Origin: Candidatus Omnitrophota bacterium
GTDB lineage: Bacteria; Omnitrophota; Gorgyraeia; Gorgyraeales; Gorgyraeaceae
Length of the DNA stretch: 64,000 nucleotides
NCBI GenBank assembly: GCA_043814965.1
Contig: JBDRJN010000033.1
Span: forward strand, 1,379-65,378
Reading direction: 5' to 3'
Positions within the stretch are counted from its first letter, which is position 1. Each line of letters starts with the position of its first letter. Of this stretch, positions 54,416 through 64,000 are shown one piece after another. Made by a program: the position numbers and the translations under genes. The notes under the pieces are model-generated. The model made no database searches. It saw only the letters and a program-made list of their open reading frames with translations, and had not been told where the DNA came from.

Positions 54416-54429
54416 GCACTTATTATTAT

Positions 54430-55227
54430 ATGAACAAACTCGATAGATTAAAAAATGAATTAAAAAAACTTAAGAGCGTTGTAGTGGCATTCTCCGGAGG
54501 GGTTGATTCAAGCCTTTTATTAAAGGTTGCAAGTGATGTCTTGCCTAAGGACAAGACGCTCGCAGTCACCGCGGCATCTCCTACTTACACAAGTTCAGAA
54601 TTAAAACAGGCTAAGAGATTTGCAAGTTCCCTGGGCGTGAAACATCGGATAATCCGTACAGATGAATTGAAGGATGAGAAGTTCATAAAAAATCCTGTAG
54701 ATAGATGTTATTATTGCAAGAGAGAACTGTTCAAAAAGCTTACCCAGATCGCTAAAAAAGACAGGTTTTCCTCAGTCATAGATGCTACTAATTACGACGA
54801 TAGAGCGGATTATAGGCCTGGTAGTCTTGCCAAAAAAGAATTTAAAGTTGCAAGCCCTCTTGCGAAGGCGCGTTTTACTAAAAAAGATATACGTGATCAT
54901 TCCAGGAAAATGCGCCTTAAGACATGGGATATGCCTTCTATGGCGTGCCTGGCTTCGAGGTTTCCTTATGGGCAAAAAATAACATTTAAGAACCTGAGAA
55001 AGATATCTTTGGCTGAAGAAGCGATAAAAAAGCTTGGCATAAAACAGGTAAGGGTAAGGTTTCATGGCGATATAGCCAGGATCGAAATAGACAAAAAAGA
55101 CATAAAAAGATTTGTTAAAGATGGTTTTTATGATAGAATAATTAACCGTTTGAAATCCCTGGGGTTTCTCTATGTAGTGCTGGACCTTGAAGGATACAGG
55201 ACAGGAAGTTTGAACGAAGTGTTGTGA
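54430..55227 (+). CDS. larE: LarE family ATP-dependent sulfur transferase
   Basis: AFSGGVDS, NP.DRCYYCK, DYRPG, ACLASRFPYG, RVR.H..IARIE, DLEGYRTGSLN. Confidence 0.9.
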   Translation: MNKLDRLKNELKKLKSVVVAFSGGVDSSLLLKVASDVLPKDKTLAVTAASPTYTSSELKQAKRFASSLGVKHRIIRTDELKDEKFIKNPVDRCYYCKRELFKKLTQIAKKDRFSSVIDATNYDDRADYRPGSLAKKEFKVASPLAKARFTKKDIRDHSRKMRLKTWDMPSMACLASRFPYGQKITFKNLRKISLAEEAIKKLGIKQVRVRFHGDIARIEIDKKDIKRFVKDGFYDRIINRLKSLGFLYVVLDLEGYRTGSLNEVL

Positions 55228-55307
55228 AAGTTTTGTCCCTCGTGACAGGGTATAAAAAATAAGGCCGCTCGGGACGGATTTTCTAATAATAAAAGATCAA
55301 AAAATTC

Positions 55308-55384
55308 GGCGGCGTAGCTCAGCTGGTCAGAGCAGTCGGCTCATACCCGGCGCGTCAGTGGTTCGAATCCACTCGCCGCTACCA
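55308..55384 (+). tRNA. tRNA with CAT anticodon, most likely elongator tRNA-Met
   Basis: GGCGGCG/CGCCGCT acceptor stem, GTCGG-CTCATAC-CCGGC arm, GTTCGAATC, ACCA. It lacks initiator features. Confidence 0.9.
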
Positions 55385-55408
55385 GACCTAAGAATAGCAG
55401 AACAATCT

Positions 55409-56425
55409 ATGCCTTCCGCTTTAGTGGATCAAGTAAAATCAACTATAAAAAAGCATAATATGCTGGAGAAGCATGACAGGGTCCTTCTGGGCCTCTCGGG
55501 AGGAGCTGATTCTGTGGCGCTTCTCAATATTTTATCAGAGCTTAAAAAAGAGTACTCTTTGTACGTATATGTGGCGCACCTTGACCATAAATTCCGCGGA
55601 AAGGAATCAAGAGGAGACAGGATATTCTGCGAAGGGCTTGCAAAAGAGATGAACTTCGAGTTTTATTATGATGAAATAGATGTCCCTAAGATAGCTAAAG
55701 ATAAAGGCCTATCAAGCGAAGAAGCTGCAAGATCAGTCAGGTATGATTTTTTTAAAAATATCTGTAAAAGGCATGATATCAAAAAGATCGCAGTCGCCCA
55801 TACAAAGGATGACCAGGCTGAGACAGTCTTGATGAGGATGATAAGAGGGTCTGGTATGTCAGGGTTGGGAGGGATGAACCCTGTAAAAAAGATAGATAGC
55901 TTTTTTATCATAAGGCCTCTTATAGAGGCCTCGAGGGTCCAGGTAGAAGATTTCCTTGGAACCAATAAGCTAAGATACAGGCATGATTCTTCAAATGATT
56001 CAGTGGTCTTCACAAGGAATAAGATAAGAAAGGAACTGATCCCGTATCTAGAAAAGAACTTCAATTCCAATATCAAAGAAGTCCTTAGTAATATGGCTGA
56101 GAACTTACGAGTGGAAAATGAATTTTTCGAGAGGTATTCTACTAGAAAACGTAAGGGTATGTCTAAAAGGATAAGTGCTTCGGAGATACACATAGACATC
56201 AAGAAATTTCGCAGACAACCGGATGCCCTGAAAAAAAGAATATTGCGGAGCGCTCTCCAGGAGACAAAGGGCGACTTGCGAAGGTTTACATATCAGCACT
56301 GGAAGGAACTAGAGCTTTTGATAAATGAGAGGCCTACAAATTCTATCGTGGACCTCCCTGGCGGGATAGACGTGATTAAGAGTAAGAAAGAGATAATTAT
56401 TAAAAAAGAGCTAGGGAAAAAATAA
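55409..56425 (+). CDS. tilS: tRNA(Ile)-lysidine synthetase
   Basis: LSGGADS, EEAAR..RY, AHTKDDQAET, IIRPL, RNKIR. Start moved to ATG 55409 because the ORF-track start lies inside the tRNA. Confidence 0.95.
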   Translation: MPSALVDQVKSTIKKHNMLEKHDRVLLGLSGGADSVALLNILSELKKEYSLYVYVAHLDHKFRGKESRGDRIFCEGLAKEMNFEFYYDEIDVPKIAKDKGLSSEEAARSVRYDFFKNICKRHDIKKIAVAHTKDDQAETVLMRMIRGSGMSGLGGMNPVKKIDSFFIIRPLIEASRVQVEDFLGTNKLRYRHDSSNDSVVFTRNKIRKELIPYLEKNFNSNIKEVLSNMAENLRVENEFFERYSTRKRKGMSKRISASEIHIDIKKFRRQPDALKKRILRSALQETKGDLRRFTYQHWKELELLINERPTNSIVDLPGGIDVIKSKKEIIIKKELGKK

Positions 56426-56494
56426 GTCTCTTCGCTCAGGTGAAAATTTTTAACGTCTTTTATGAGCAGGCATGGTTCGCCATCGTAGATATCG

Positions 56495-56520
56495 GTAGGG
56501 GAGCCTTAAGGCTCCCCTAC
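56495..56520. repeat. GTAG-type REP-like palindrome, copy 3
   Basis: GTAGGGGAGCCTTAAGGCTCCCCTAC. Confidence 0.85.
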
Positions 56521-56571
56521 ATTATATAAGTCGGTAGTCGGTAAATAAGTCGGTAATCGGCAGGGGAGTCA

Positions 56572-56597
56572 GTAGGGGAGCTTTAAAGCTCCCCTAC
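56572..56597. repeat. GTAG-type REP-like palindrome, copy 4
   Basis: GTAGGGGAGCTTTAAAGCTCCCCTAC; the downstream 15 nt match the inverted flank of copy 1 (14/15). Confidence 0.85.
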
Positions 56598-56781
56598 CTT
56601 AAATAAGGTTTAGGTGAGAGCGAGAAAAAACGAGAGTAAGATTTTCACGCTGGGAAAATTTTACGTCCTCGAAAACAGAACACACTGATAGATAGGGTGT
56701 AATAATATAAAAATAATTATTGATTCTTATATTATTAGGTGATAATATCAATGTTTAAGATAAATATATTGGGGAGAAGAC

Positions 56782-58677
56782 ATGCAAAAGATCAAAAAAG
56801 TACCTAGCAAGAACAGAAAAAACAATAATAACAACAAGAACAAGCTCAATAAGAACCTCTTTTTTTGGATGGGGCTTTTTTTTATTTTTATATATATACT
56901 TAGAATGAGTTCTATGTCTTCTCCAGCAGTTCCGAGAGAGTTTACATATGGAGAGTTTTACAGGCTTTTGGCTAGCAATAAGGAAACCAACGCCATACAA
57001 TCTGTTGTAAAAGTCGAAGACAGGCTCAAAGGGGTCTTTTCTAATGGCACAAGTTTTAGTGTGTTTATACCGATAGAGGACAATGAACTTACGGCCCTTA
57101 TAAGGGATAATGTCGAAGATTTTGATGTAAAACCTCCGAAGACCTTATGGGCTAATATTTTTTATTCCCTTGGCCCCATGATCTTATTTATCGCGTTTTT
57201 ATGGTTTTTTATCTACAGGGGCGCTCAAGGCGGAGGAGGCGGCAGAATACTTTCTTTTGGAAAAAGCAGGGCCAGGCAGGTCAGTGGAGACAAGGCAAGG
57301 ATTACTTTCAATGATGTTGCTGGAGTTGACGAGGCTAAGGAGGAGTTGAAAGAGATAATAGAATTTTTAAAGGACCCAAAAAAGTTCCAGAAATTAGGAG
57401 GTAAGATCCCTAAGGGTGTGCTTCTCATGGGTCCTCCTGGCACAGGAAAGACGCTTCTTGCCAGGGCTGTCAGTGGAGAAGCCCGGGTACCATTTTTTAA
57501 TATAAGCGGTTCTGACTTTGTAGAGATGTTCGTCGGAGTAGGCGCTTCACGGGTAAGGGACCTATTCGATCAGGCAAAAAGAGCTGCAAAGGCAGAAGGA
57601 AAGGGTTGTATTATTTTTATAGATGAGATAGACGCTGTCGGTAGACAAAGATTTGCTGGGATAGGCGGAGGGCATGATGAAAGAGAACAGACCCTTAACG
57701 CGCTCCTTGTCGAGATGGACGGTTTTAATACGCAGGAGGGTGTTATACTTATAGCTGCTACCAATAGGCCCGACGTATTGGACCCTGCCTTACTTAGACC
57801 TGGTAGATTTGACAGGATAATAGTCATATCTAGGCCTGATATCATCGGGAGAGAAGCTATTCTTAAGGTCCACGTTAAAGATATAAGACTTGATAAGAGC
57901 GTGGAGCTCAATTCTATCGCAAGACAGACTCCTGGTTTTTCAGGGGCAGATCTGGCTAACCTGGTGAATGAAGCTGCGCTTTTAGCTGCCAGGAAAGATA
58001 AAGAGAGCGTGAGCATGAAAGAGATGCAGGAATCTATCGAAAGGGTCATTGCAGGGCCTGAGAGAAAGACGAGAGTGATAAGCCCTGAAGAGAAAAAAAT
58101 AGTCTCTTGCCATGAATCAGGGCATGCGCTTTTGGCCCTTCTTATACCAGGGGCGGACCCATTACATAAAGTATCTATCATACCCAGAGGCATTGCTCTG
58201 GGATATACGATGAGGCTTCCGATAGAGGATAGGTATATTGTCACGAGAAAAGAACTCTTAGGTAAGATCGTAGGCCTTTTAGGCGGAAGAGCCAGTGAAG
58301 AGATGATGTTTAATGAGCTTTCTACAGGCGCACAGGATGACTTAGAGAAGGCAACTGAGATATCAAGAGATATGGTTATGCGCTGGGGCATGAGCGATAA
58401 ATTAGGGCATATTACTTTTGGCAAAAGGGATAGCCAGGTCTTTTTAGGAAGAGATCTAACGGAAGAGAAAAATTATAGCGAGCAGACAGCCGTAGACATA
58501 GATAACGAAGTCCGAAAGATCATAGATGGATCCTATGAGGTCGCAAAAAAAGAACTCTCAAAGAACAAAGATAAATTGAAGGCACTATCTGATGCTTTAT
58601 TGGAGAAAGAGGTCATGGATTTTGAGGAAGTAAAGAAAATAGTCTTTCCTGAACCTAGTAAAGAAGAAATCAAATGA
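56782..58677 (+). CDS. ftsH: ATP-dependent zinc metalloprotease FtsH
   Basis: Two TM segments, [31 protein letters not shown]. Confidence 0.98.
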   Translation: MQKIKKVPSKNRKNNNNNKNKLNKNLFFWMGLFFIFIYILRMSSMSSPAVPREFTYGEFYRLLASNKETNAIQSVVKVEDRLKGVFSNGTSFSVFIPIEDNELTALIRDNVEDFDVKPPKTLWANIFYSLGPMILFIAFLWFFIYRGAQGGGGGRILSFGKSRARQVSGDKARITFNDVAGVDEAKEELKEIIEFLKDPKKFQKLGGKIPKGVLLMGPPGTGKTLLARAVSGEARVPFFNISGSDFVEMFVGVGASRVRDLFDQAKRAAKAEGKGCIIFIDEIDAVGRQRFAGIGGGHDEREQTLNALLVEMDGFNTQEGVILIAATNRPDVLDPALLRPGRFDRIIVISRPDIIGREAILKVHVKDIRLDKSVELNSIARQTPGFSGADLANLVNEAALLAARKDKESVSMKEMQESIERVIAGPERKTRVISPEEKKIVSCHESGHALLALLIPGADPLHKVSIIPRGIALGYTMRLPIEDRYIVTRKELLGKIVGLLGGRASEEMMFNELSTGAQDDLEKATEISRDMVMRWGMSDKLGHITFGKRDSQVFLGRDLTEEKNYSEQTAVDIDNEVRKIIDGSYEVAKKELSKNKDKLKALSDALLEKEVMDFEEVKKIVFPEPSKEEIK

Positions 58678-59510
58678 TAGATACTGGTTTTTCCGAACGT
58701 ACATATATAATGGGTGTCTTGAATATTACCCCTGATTCTTTCAGCGGAGACGGCATATATAAAAAAATCGGCCATGCCTTGGAAAAAGGGGAACTGCTGG
58801 TAAAGGAAGGGGCTGATATTATAGATGTAGGCGGGGAATCGACTCGTCCCGGGTCCAAGGCTGTGTCGCTGGAAGAAGAGATAGAAAGAGTCATACCAGT
58901 GATAGAAGGACTTAAAAAAAAGGTAGACGTACCTATATCAATTGATACAAAAAAATCAGAAGTAGCCAGGCTTGCATTAGAAAAAGGGGCTAGCATAGTA
59001 AATGATATAACAGGTTTAGAAGGTGACAGCGATATGGCTCGAATTGTAGCAAGTTTTGGAGCAAAAGTCGTTATAATGCATATAAAAGGCGAACCTTCCA
59101 CAATGCAACTTGATCCTATGTATGATAATTTAATAGAAGAGATCATCGCTAAGCTGCAGGAGCTTAGCGATAGAGCGCAGGCATCTGGTATAAAAAAAGA
59201 AAACATTATAATAGATCCTGGAATAGGGTTTGGAAAGACGCTTGAGCATAATCTAGAGATATTAAATGGCCTTTCCAGATTTAAGGTATTGGGGTACCCT
59301 GTCATGGTAGGTGTTTCCAGAAAATCATTCATAGGCCATATTTTGGAGAAAAGCCCGGAAGATAGGATATTTGGCACAGCCTCTAGCATAGCTATTGCAA
59401 TAAATAATGGAGCGGATATAATAAGAGTACACGATGTCCGTGAAATGGCCGAGGTAGCTAAAGTGGCTGATGCTATATTAAAAAGCGGAGAAAAAATAAA
59501 TGCTGGATAA
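58674..59510 (+). CDS. folP: Dihydropteroate synthase
   Basis: MGVLNITPDSFS, GGESTRPG, DPGIGFGK, SRKS, RVHDV. Confidence 0.97.
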   Translation: MIDTGFSERTYIMGVLNITPDSFSGDGIYKKIGHALEKGELLVKEGADIIDVGGESTRPGSKAVSLEEEIERVIPVIEGLKKKVDVPISIDTKKSEVARLALEKGASIVNDITGLEGDSDMARIVASFGAKVVIMHIKGEPSTMQLDPMYDNLIEEIIAKLQELSDRAQASGIKKENIIIDPGIGFGKTLEHNLEILNGLSRFKVLGYPVMVGVSRKSFIGHILEKSPEDRIFGTASSIAIAINNGADIIRVHDVREMAEVAKVADAILKSGEKINAG

Positions 59511-60288
59511 TATTACATTGTTCAAGATATTGGTTGAGATAGGCATATTATGGTTCGTATTTTACGTGGTGCTTATTTTTGCCAGAGGCACCAGAGGAGT
59601 GCATGTCTTAAAAGGTATCGTACTTATAGTGTCGACTTTTATAATAACCCAGCAGTTGGGCCTGGATACGATAAATTGGATCTTTACTAAACTGTTTGCA
59701 ATATCTGTCGTGGCATTTTTGATAATATTTCAGCCGGAGCTTAGGAGAGGGCTTGCAAGCATAGGACAGCCTAGGTGGTCAGGTATATTTTTTAAAGAGG
59801 CAGAAGTCATCAATGAGGTAGTCAAGGCAGCATTGTCTCTTTCAAAGAAAAAGATAGGCGCATTGATAGCCATAGAAAGAGAAAGCAGGCTCAGGAATTA
59901 TGTTGAAAGCGGTATTGAGATAGATGCAAAGGTAAATACAGAACTTCTTATAACTATTTTTATGCCTAATACGCCTCTCCATGATGGAGGTGTTATAATA
60001 TCGGGAGATAGGATAATAGGCGCAAGCTGCCTATATCCTTTGACGCAAAATCCAAAGATATCCAGGACTCTTGGGACAAGGCATAGGGCAGGGCTTGGCC
60101 TTAGCGAAGAAACAGATGCTACGGTTATTATTGTATCGGAAGAGACGGGAGGGGTATCTATTGCTACCCAAGGAAAGCTTACTCATAATCTTGATGATGA
60201 GGCATTAAAGAGAGTGCTTAACAATCTATGCAAGCCTGACAAAAAGAAAAAAGGTATATTTTCAAAAGTACCCCCAAAGGTAACTTAA
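59500..60288 (+). CDS. cdaA: Diadenylate cyclase CdaA
   Basis: Three TM segments, FQPELRR, PLHDG, GTRHRAG, VSEETG. Confidence 0.95.
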   Translation: MLDNITLFKILVEIGILWFVFYVVLIFARGTRGVHVLKGIVLIVSTFIITQQLGLDTINWIFTKLFAISVVAFLIIFQPELRRGLASIGQPRWSGIFFKEAEVINEVVKAALSLSKKKIGALIAIERESRLRNYVESGIEIDAKVNTELLITIFMPNTPLHDGGVIISGDRIIGASCLYPLTQNPKISRTLGTRHRAGLGLSEETDATVIIVSEETGGVSIATQGKLTHNLDDEALKRVLNNLCKPDKKKKGIFSKVPPKVT

Positions 60289-60308
60289 CTAAAAATAAAA
60301 GGTCAGTT

Positions 60309-60530
60309 ATGAAAAATCTGATAGTTAATAATTTTTGGATAAAAATAGTATCATTGCTATTGGCTGTTATAACATGGTTTTATGTAAATGTAGAACTTAA
60401 TAAAGAAAGACGCCTTTCAGCTAGTTTTTATGAGTCTTCATATATGAGACACATCAGTCCATCCACAGTTCCCGCAGTAGATAAACAAGATAAAAAAATG
60501 AATAAAGGTTATATAGTGGAGAGCAGGTGA
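60309..60530 (+). CDS. Short CdaR/YbbR-like N-terminal membrane peptide without YbbR domains
   Basis: NNFWIKIVSLLLAVITWFYVN matches the CdaR anchor pattern; located immediately after cdaA. Confidence 0.6.
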   Translation: MKNLIVNNFWIKIVSLLLAVITWFYVNVELNKERRLSASFYESSYMRHISPSTVPAVDKQDKKMNKGYIVESR

Positions 60531-60531
60531 C

Positions 60532-61245
60532 ATGCCTAAGCTTGGTGTCAACGTAGATCATGTGGCAACTTTGAGAGAGGCAAGAGGCGGTAAGGAACCT
60601 AGACTTGTCAATGCAGTTTCTATATGTGAAGCGGCAGGATGCGATAGTATAGTAGCTCATCTAAGGGAAGACAGGCGCCATATCAATGACCTAGATGTAA
60701 AGATGCTTAGAAAAAATATCACCACAAGGTTTAATCTTGAGATGTCTATCAATAAGGAGATCGTTGGGATAGCTAAAAAGATCAAGCCTGACCAAGCTAC
60801 TCTTGTCCCTGAGCGTAGACGTGAGTTGACAACCGAAGGTGGGCTCGATGTGTATAAAAATAGTAAAAAAATAGCTAAAGCCTCAGAAGAGCTGCTTAAA
60901 AATGGAATCGAAGTAAGCCTTTTTATTGATCCAGATAAGCGGCAGATAAGGGCAACAAGACAGATAGGTGTCAATGTCATAGAGATACATACGGGCATGT
61001 ATAGTTTAGCAGCTAAAAGGCCCTTGATAAAAAGAGAATACAATAAAATAAAGGATTCTATCAATTATGCATTGGATACGGGGCTTCTAGTAAATGCAGG
61101 CCATGGGCTTGACTATATCAACACAAAGATGATCGCTGGCATAAAAGGCATAAACGAGCTCAATATAGGCCATTCTATAATTTCTAGGAGTTTATTTGTA
61201 GGCCTTTACCAGGCAGTTAAAGAGATGAAGGGTCTAGCAAGATGA
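60532..61245 (+). CDS. pdxJ: Pyridoxine 5'-phosphate synthase
   Basis: LGVNVDHVATLR, HLREDRRHI, TTEGG, AGHGL, NIGH. Confidence 0.97.
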   Translation: MPKLGVNVDHVATLREARGGKEPRLVNAVSICEAAGCDSIVAHLREDRRHINDLDVKMLRKNITTRFNLEMSINKEIVGIAKKIKPDQATLVPERRRELTTEGGLDVYKNSKKIAKASEELLKNGIEVSLFIDPDKRQIRATRQIGVNVIEIHTGMYSLAAKRPLIKREYNKIKDSINYALDTGLLVNAGHGLDYINTKMIAGIKGINELNIGHSIISRSLFVGLYQAVKEMKGLAR

Positions 61246-61618
61246 TAGTGGGCACAGGTATAGATATAATAGAAGTATCCAGGATAAAAAATGCGCTGGA
61301 GATGTGGGGAGACAGGTTCCTGAAAAGGGTATTTACTGACAGGGAACTGGATTATGTAAATACAAAAAAGTTCTCACATGAAAATCTTGCTGCTAGATTT
61401 GCATGTAAAGAGTCAGTCCTTAAAGCGCTAGGGGATACCAGGATAGGCGCTAGTTTAAAACATATAGAAGTTATAAATAATAAAAAAGGTAAACCAGAAG
61501 TTATATTACATGGAGAGGCCAAGAAGTTTGCAGAGAAGAAAAAATTAGGCAATATCATAGTAAGTATGTCACACACCAGCAATTATGCTATAAGCAATGT
61601 CATACTCTGGAAAGACTG

Positions 61619-61619
<1 letters not shown>
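61242..61619 (+). CDS. acpS: Holo-[acyl-carrier-protein] synthase
   Basis: GIDI, ARFACKES..KALG, GKP, SMSH. Confidence 0.95.
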
Positions 61620-62563
<944 letters not shown>

Positions 62564-62633
62564 TTTGATAGAGTTTAAGGTAGTGTAGGATTCGAATGGA
62601 GTCCGCTATATACGACGAATAGGAGTATATGTT

Positions 62634-62691
62634 TAGCGGACGGATGGCCGACCCGCCCAAAGGCGGGCGCCGAATCCTCCTCTGCCCACCA
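62634..62691 (+). mobile_element. 37-nt hairpin element followed by a duplicated 21-nt 3' end of tRNA-Tyr
   Basis: TAGCGGACGGATGGCCGACCCGCCCAAAGGCGGGCGC + CGAATCCTCCTCTGCCCACCA. Confidence 0.75.
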
Positions 62692-62772
62692 AAAATTTTA
62701 TTATACAAAATTTTTGGTGAGGTCTCGTCCGTCAGTGAAACTGACGAGACGGACCCACCATGATTTTATTAA

Positions 62773-62848
62773 GCTGGCGTAGCTCAATAGGCAGAGCAAT
62801 TGATTTGTAATCAATAGGTTGGAGGTTCGATTCCTCTCGCCAGCTCCA
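62773..62848 (+). tRNA. tRNA-Thr(TGT)
   Basis: GCTGGCG/CGCCAGC acceptor stem, ATTGA-TTTGTAA-TCAAT arm, GTTCGATTC, TCCA. Confidence 0.97.
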
Positions 62849-62872
62849 TAATTTTAGAAGTAGAAGCTTATA

Positions 62873-62929
62873 TAGCGGACGGATGGCCGACCCGCCAAAG
62901 GCGGACGCCGATTCCTCTCGCCAGCTCCA
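62873..62929 (+). mobile_element. 36-nt hairpin element followed by a duplicated 21-nt 3' end of tRNA-Thr
   Basis: TAGCGGACGGATGGCCGACCCGCCAAAGGCGGACGC + CGATTCCTCTCGCCAGCTCCA. Confidence 0.75.
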
Positions 62930-62978
62930 GATCTTTTTAAAAGCATAAGCTCCATAGTAAACTGTGTGCGAGGTTTTT

Positions 62979-63052
62979 GCGGGTGTAGCTCAATGGTAGA
63001 GCGCTAGCCTTCCAAGCTAGCTACGACGGTTCGATCCCGTTCACCCGCTCCA
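62979..63052 (+). tRNA. tRNA-Gly(TCC)
   Basis: GCGGGTG/CACCCGC acceptor stem, CTAGC-CTTCCAA-GCTAG arm, GTTCGATCC, TCCA. Confidence 0.97.
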
Positions 63053-63184
63053 GTTATTTTACAATTACTAGGATAGATCTATTGTCAACCGAATCGCAGG
63101 TATAACTAAGATGTCAACGGTAACCCGCCTCATTTTATGTTTGAACAAAAATTAATAGAAGAATTAAAAATTATTATTTCCAGG

Positions 63185-64000
63185 ATGATATGGAAAAAGA
63201 TAATTTTTATAATATTTATTTTAGGCATATTGATAGGAGCAGGCGCCTATTATATATATAACTCTATCAGAGGGGACGTTATAAGATTAATAGCCAGCCA
63301 ATTTGAAAAAGAAGATATCAAAGATCTTATAGATGAAGTAGCTTCTTCCGAAGCAAAGGATATATTAAAAGAGGGGATCTTACCTGAGATAGCTAATATC
63401 AAAAAGGATGTTCTAAGAGAGACCTCATCATTCAAAGATACCCTAGAGGACTATAAAATAAAATTTAGGGACGAATATAAGACCTTTGATGCAGAGATCA
63501 TTTTTTTGAAAAAATTAAACATGCTTAAGAAACTTTCAGATAAAGCTGTTGCTGACGGAAATCGCGATTCATTCAAGGCATTACAACAGATCATAGATAG
63601 TTTTCCAGAGCCGGACTTGATGAGTGCAGCCAAATCAGAACTACGTAATGTAAAGGCATTTTATGAAAATAAGTCTGCGGCCAAAGGAGTTCCTATATCG
63701 CACTTTGGTTCAGATGGCAAACAGGTCAAGGACGCTGATATGGCTACGCACTACCTTATTTTTGCCTTGAGAAACGATGGAGATTGGAAGATAAGGGCCA
63801 GGGCTGCGAACCTATTGGGAGACAGGAAAGAAAAGGGTGTGCCAGAGATACTTTTGGATGCTGCAGAAAAAGATATATCCCTAGATGTTTTGAAAGCATG
63901 TCTGCTGAGTTTTGAAAAGATCACTGGTTACGAGGGCAGCGAGGTGTTTGGCTACGAGCAGGCAAGGGATTGGTGGGCAAAGAACGATAGAAAGATAAAT
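63185..64000 (+). CDS. Membrane-anchored hypothetical protein with a HEAT-repeat-like C-terminus, 3'-truncated by window edge
   Basis: Absent from the ORF track because it has no stop in the window. Hand translation is open from ATG 63185 (also in frame with ATG 63137): MIWKKIIFIIFILGILIGAG...LRNDGDWKIRARAANLLG...WWAKN. Confidence 0.7.
   Translation, partial: MIWKKIIFIIFILGILIGAGAYYIYNSIRGDVIRLIASQFEKEDIKDLIDEVASSEAKDILKEGILPEIANIKKDVLRETSSFKDTLEDYKIKFRDEYKTFDAEIIFLKKLNMLKKLSDKAVADGNRDSFKALQQIIDSFPEPDLMSAAKSELRNVKAFYENKSAAKGVPISHFGSDGKQVKDADMATHYLIFALRNDGDWKIRARAANLLGDRKEKGVPEILLDAAEKDISLDVLKACLLSFEKITGYEGSEVFGYEQARDWWAKNDRKIN

Noticed and set aside
55358-55408. N-terminal extension of TilS in the ORF track
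   Set aside because: The start lies within the tRNA T-arm; ATG 55409 is more plausible.
56809-56856. Asn/Lys-rich AAC/AAT run at the FtsH N-terminus
   Set aside because: In-frame low-complexity cytoplasmic leader, common in FtsH proteins.
57570-59389. Long minus-strand ORFs (284 and 239 aa) and similar ones elsewhere
   Set aside because: Antisense shadows of ftsH, folP and other conserved genes, with no recognisable motifs.

Overview
A low-GC bacterial chromosomal segment in which all ~60 supportable genes and all 5 tRNAs lie on the + strand. It is mostly housekeeping: ribD/ribE, rmuC, ligA, xerD, udg, priA, def/fmt, a galT-galT-gap-glgA-GH57-pgk-tpiA-secG block, a peptide ABC transporter, a response regulator/HD-GYP operon, lysC, cimA, valS, nadC, uvrB, birA, coaX, nfnAB, mnmA, larE, tilS, ftsH-folP-cdaA-pdxJ-acpS-nnrD, and tRNA-Pro, Met, Tyr, Thr and Gly. 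Gene content and repeat style suggest Omnitrophota or similar (inference, not verified). The most unusual signal concerns the tRNA genes. tRNA-Pro is flanked by two partial copies whose anticodon arm is precisely replaced by a CCGCC-N3/4-GGCGG hairpin, with a small GIY-YIG nuclease gene in between. The same hairpin, inverted and inside a shared 36-37 nt element, precedes duplicated 21-nt 3' ends of both tRNA-Tyr and tRNA-Thr 58 kb away. Intergenic DNA also holds several families of palindromic elements, including a 127-nt conserved core closed by copy-specific perfect 21-bp stems. Other oddities: a catalytically substituted galT paralog with a 43-bp tract identical to its neighbour, heptamer microsatellites inside valS and nfnB, and tRNA-Tyr nested inside the nnrD reading frame. 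All coordinates and identities were read by eye; no database searches were run.
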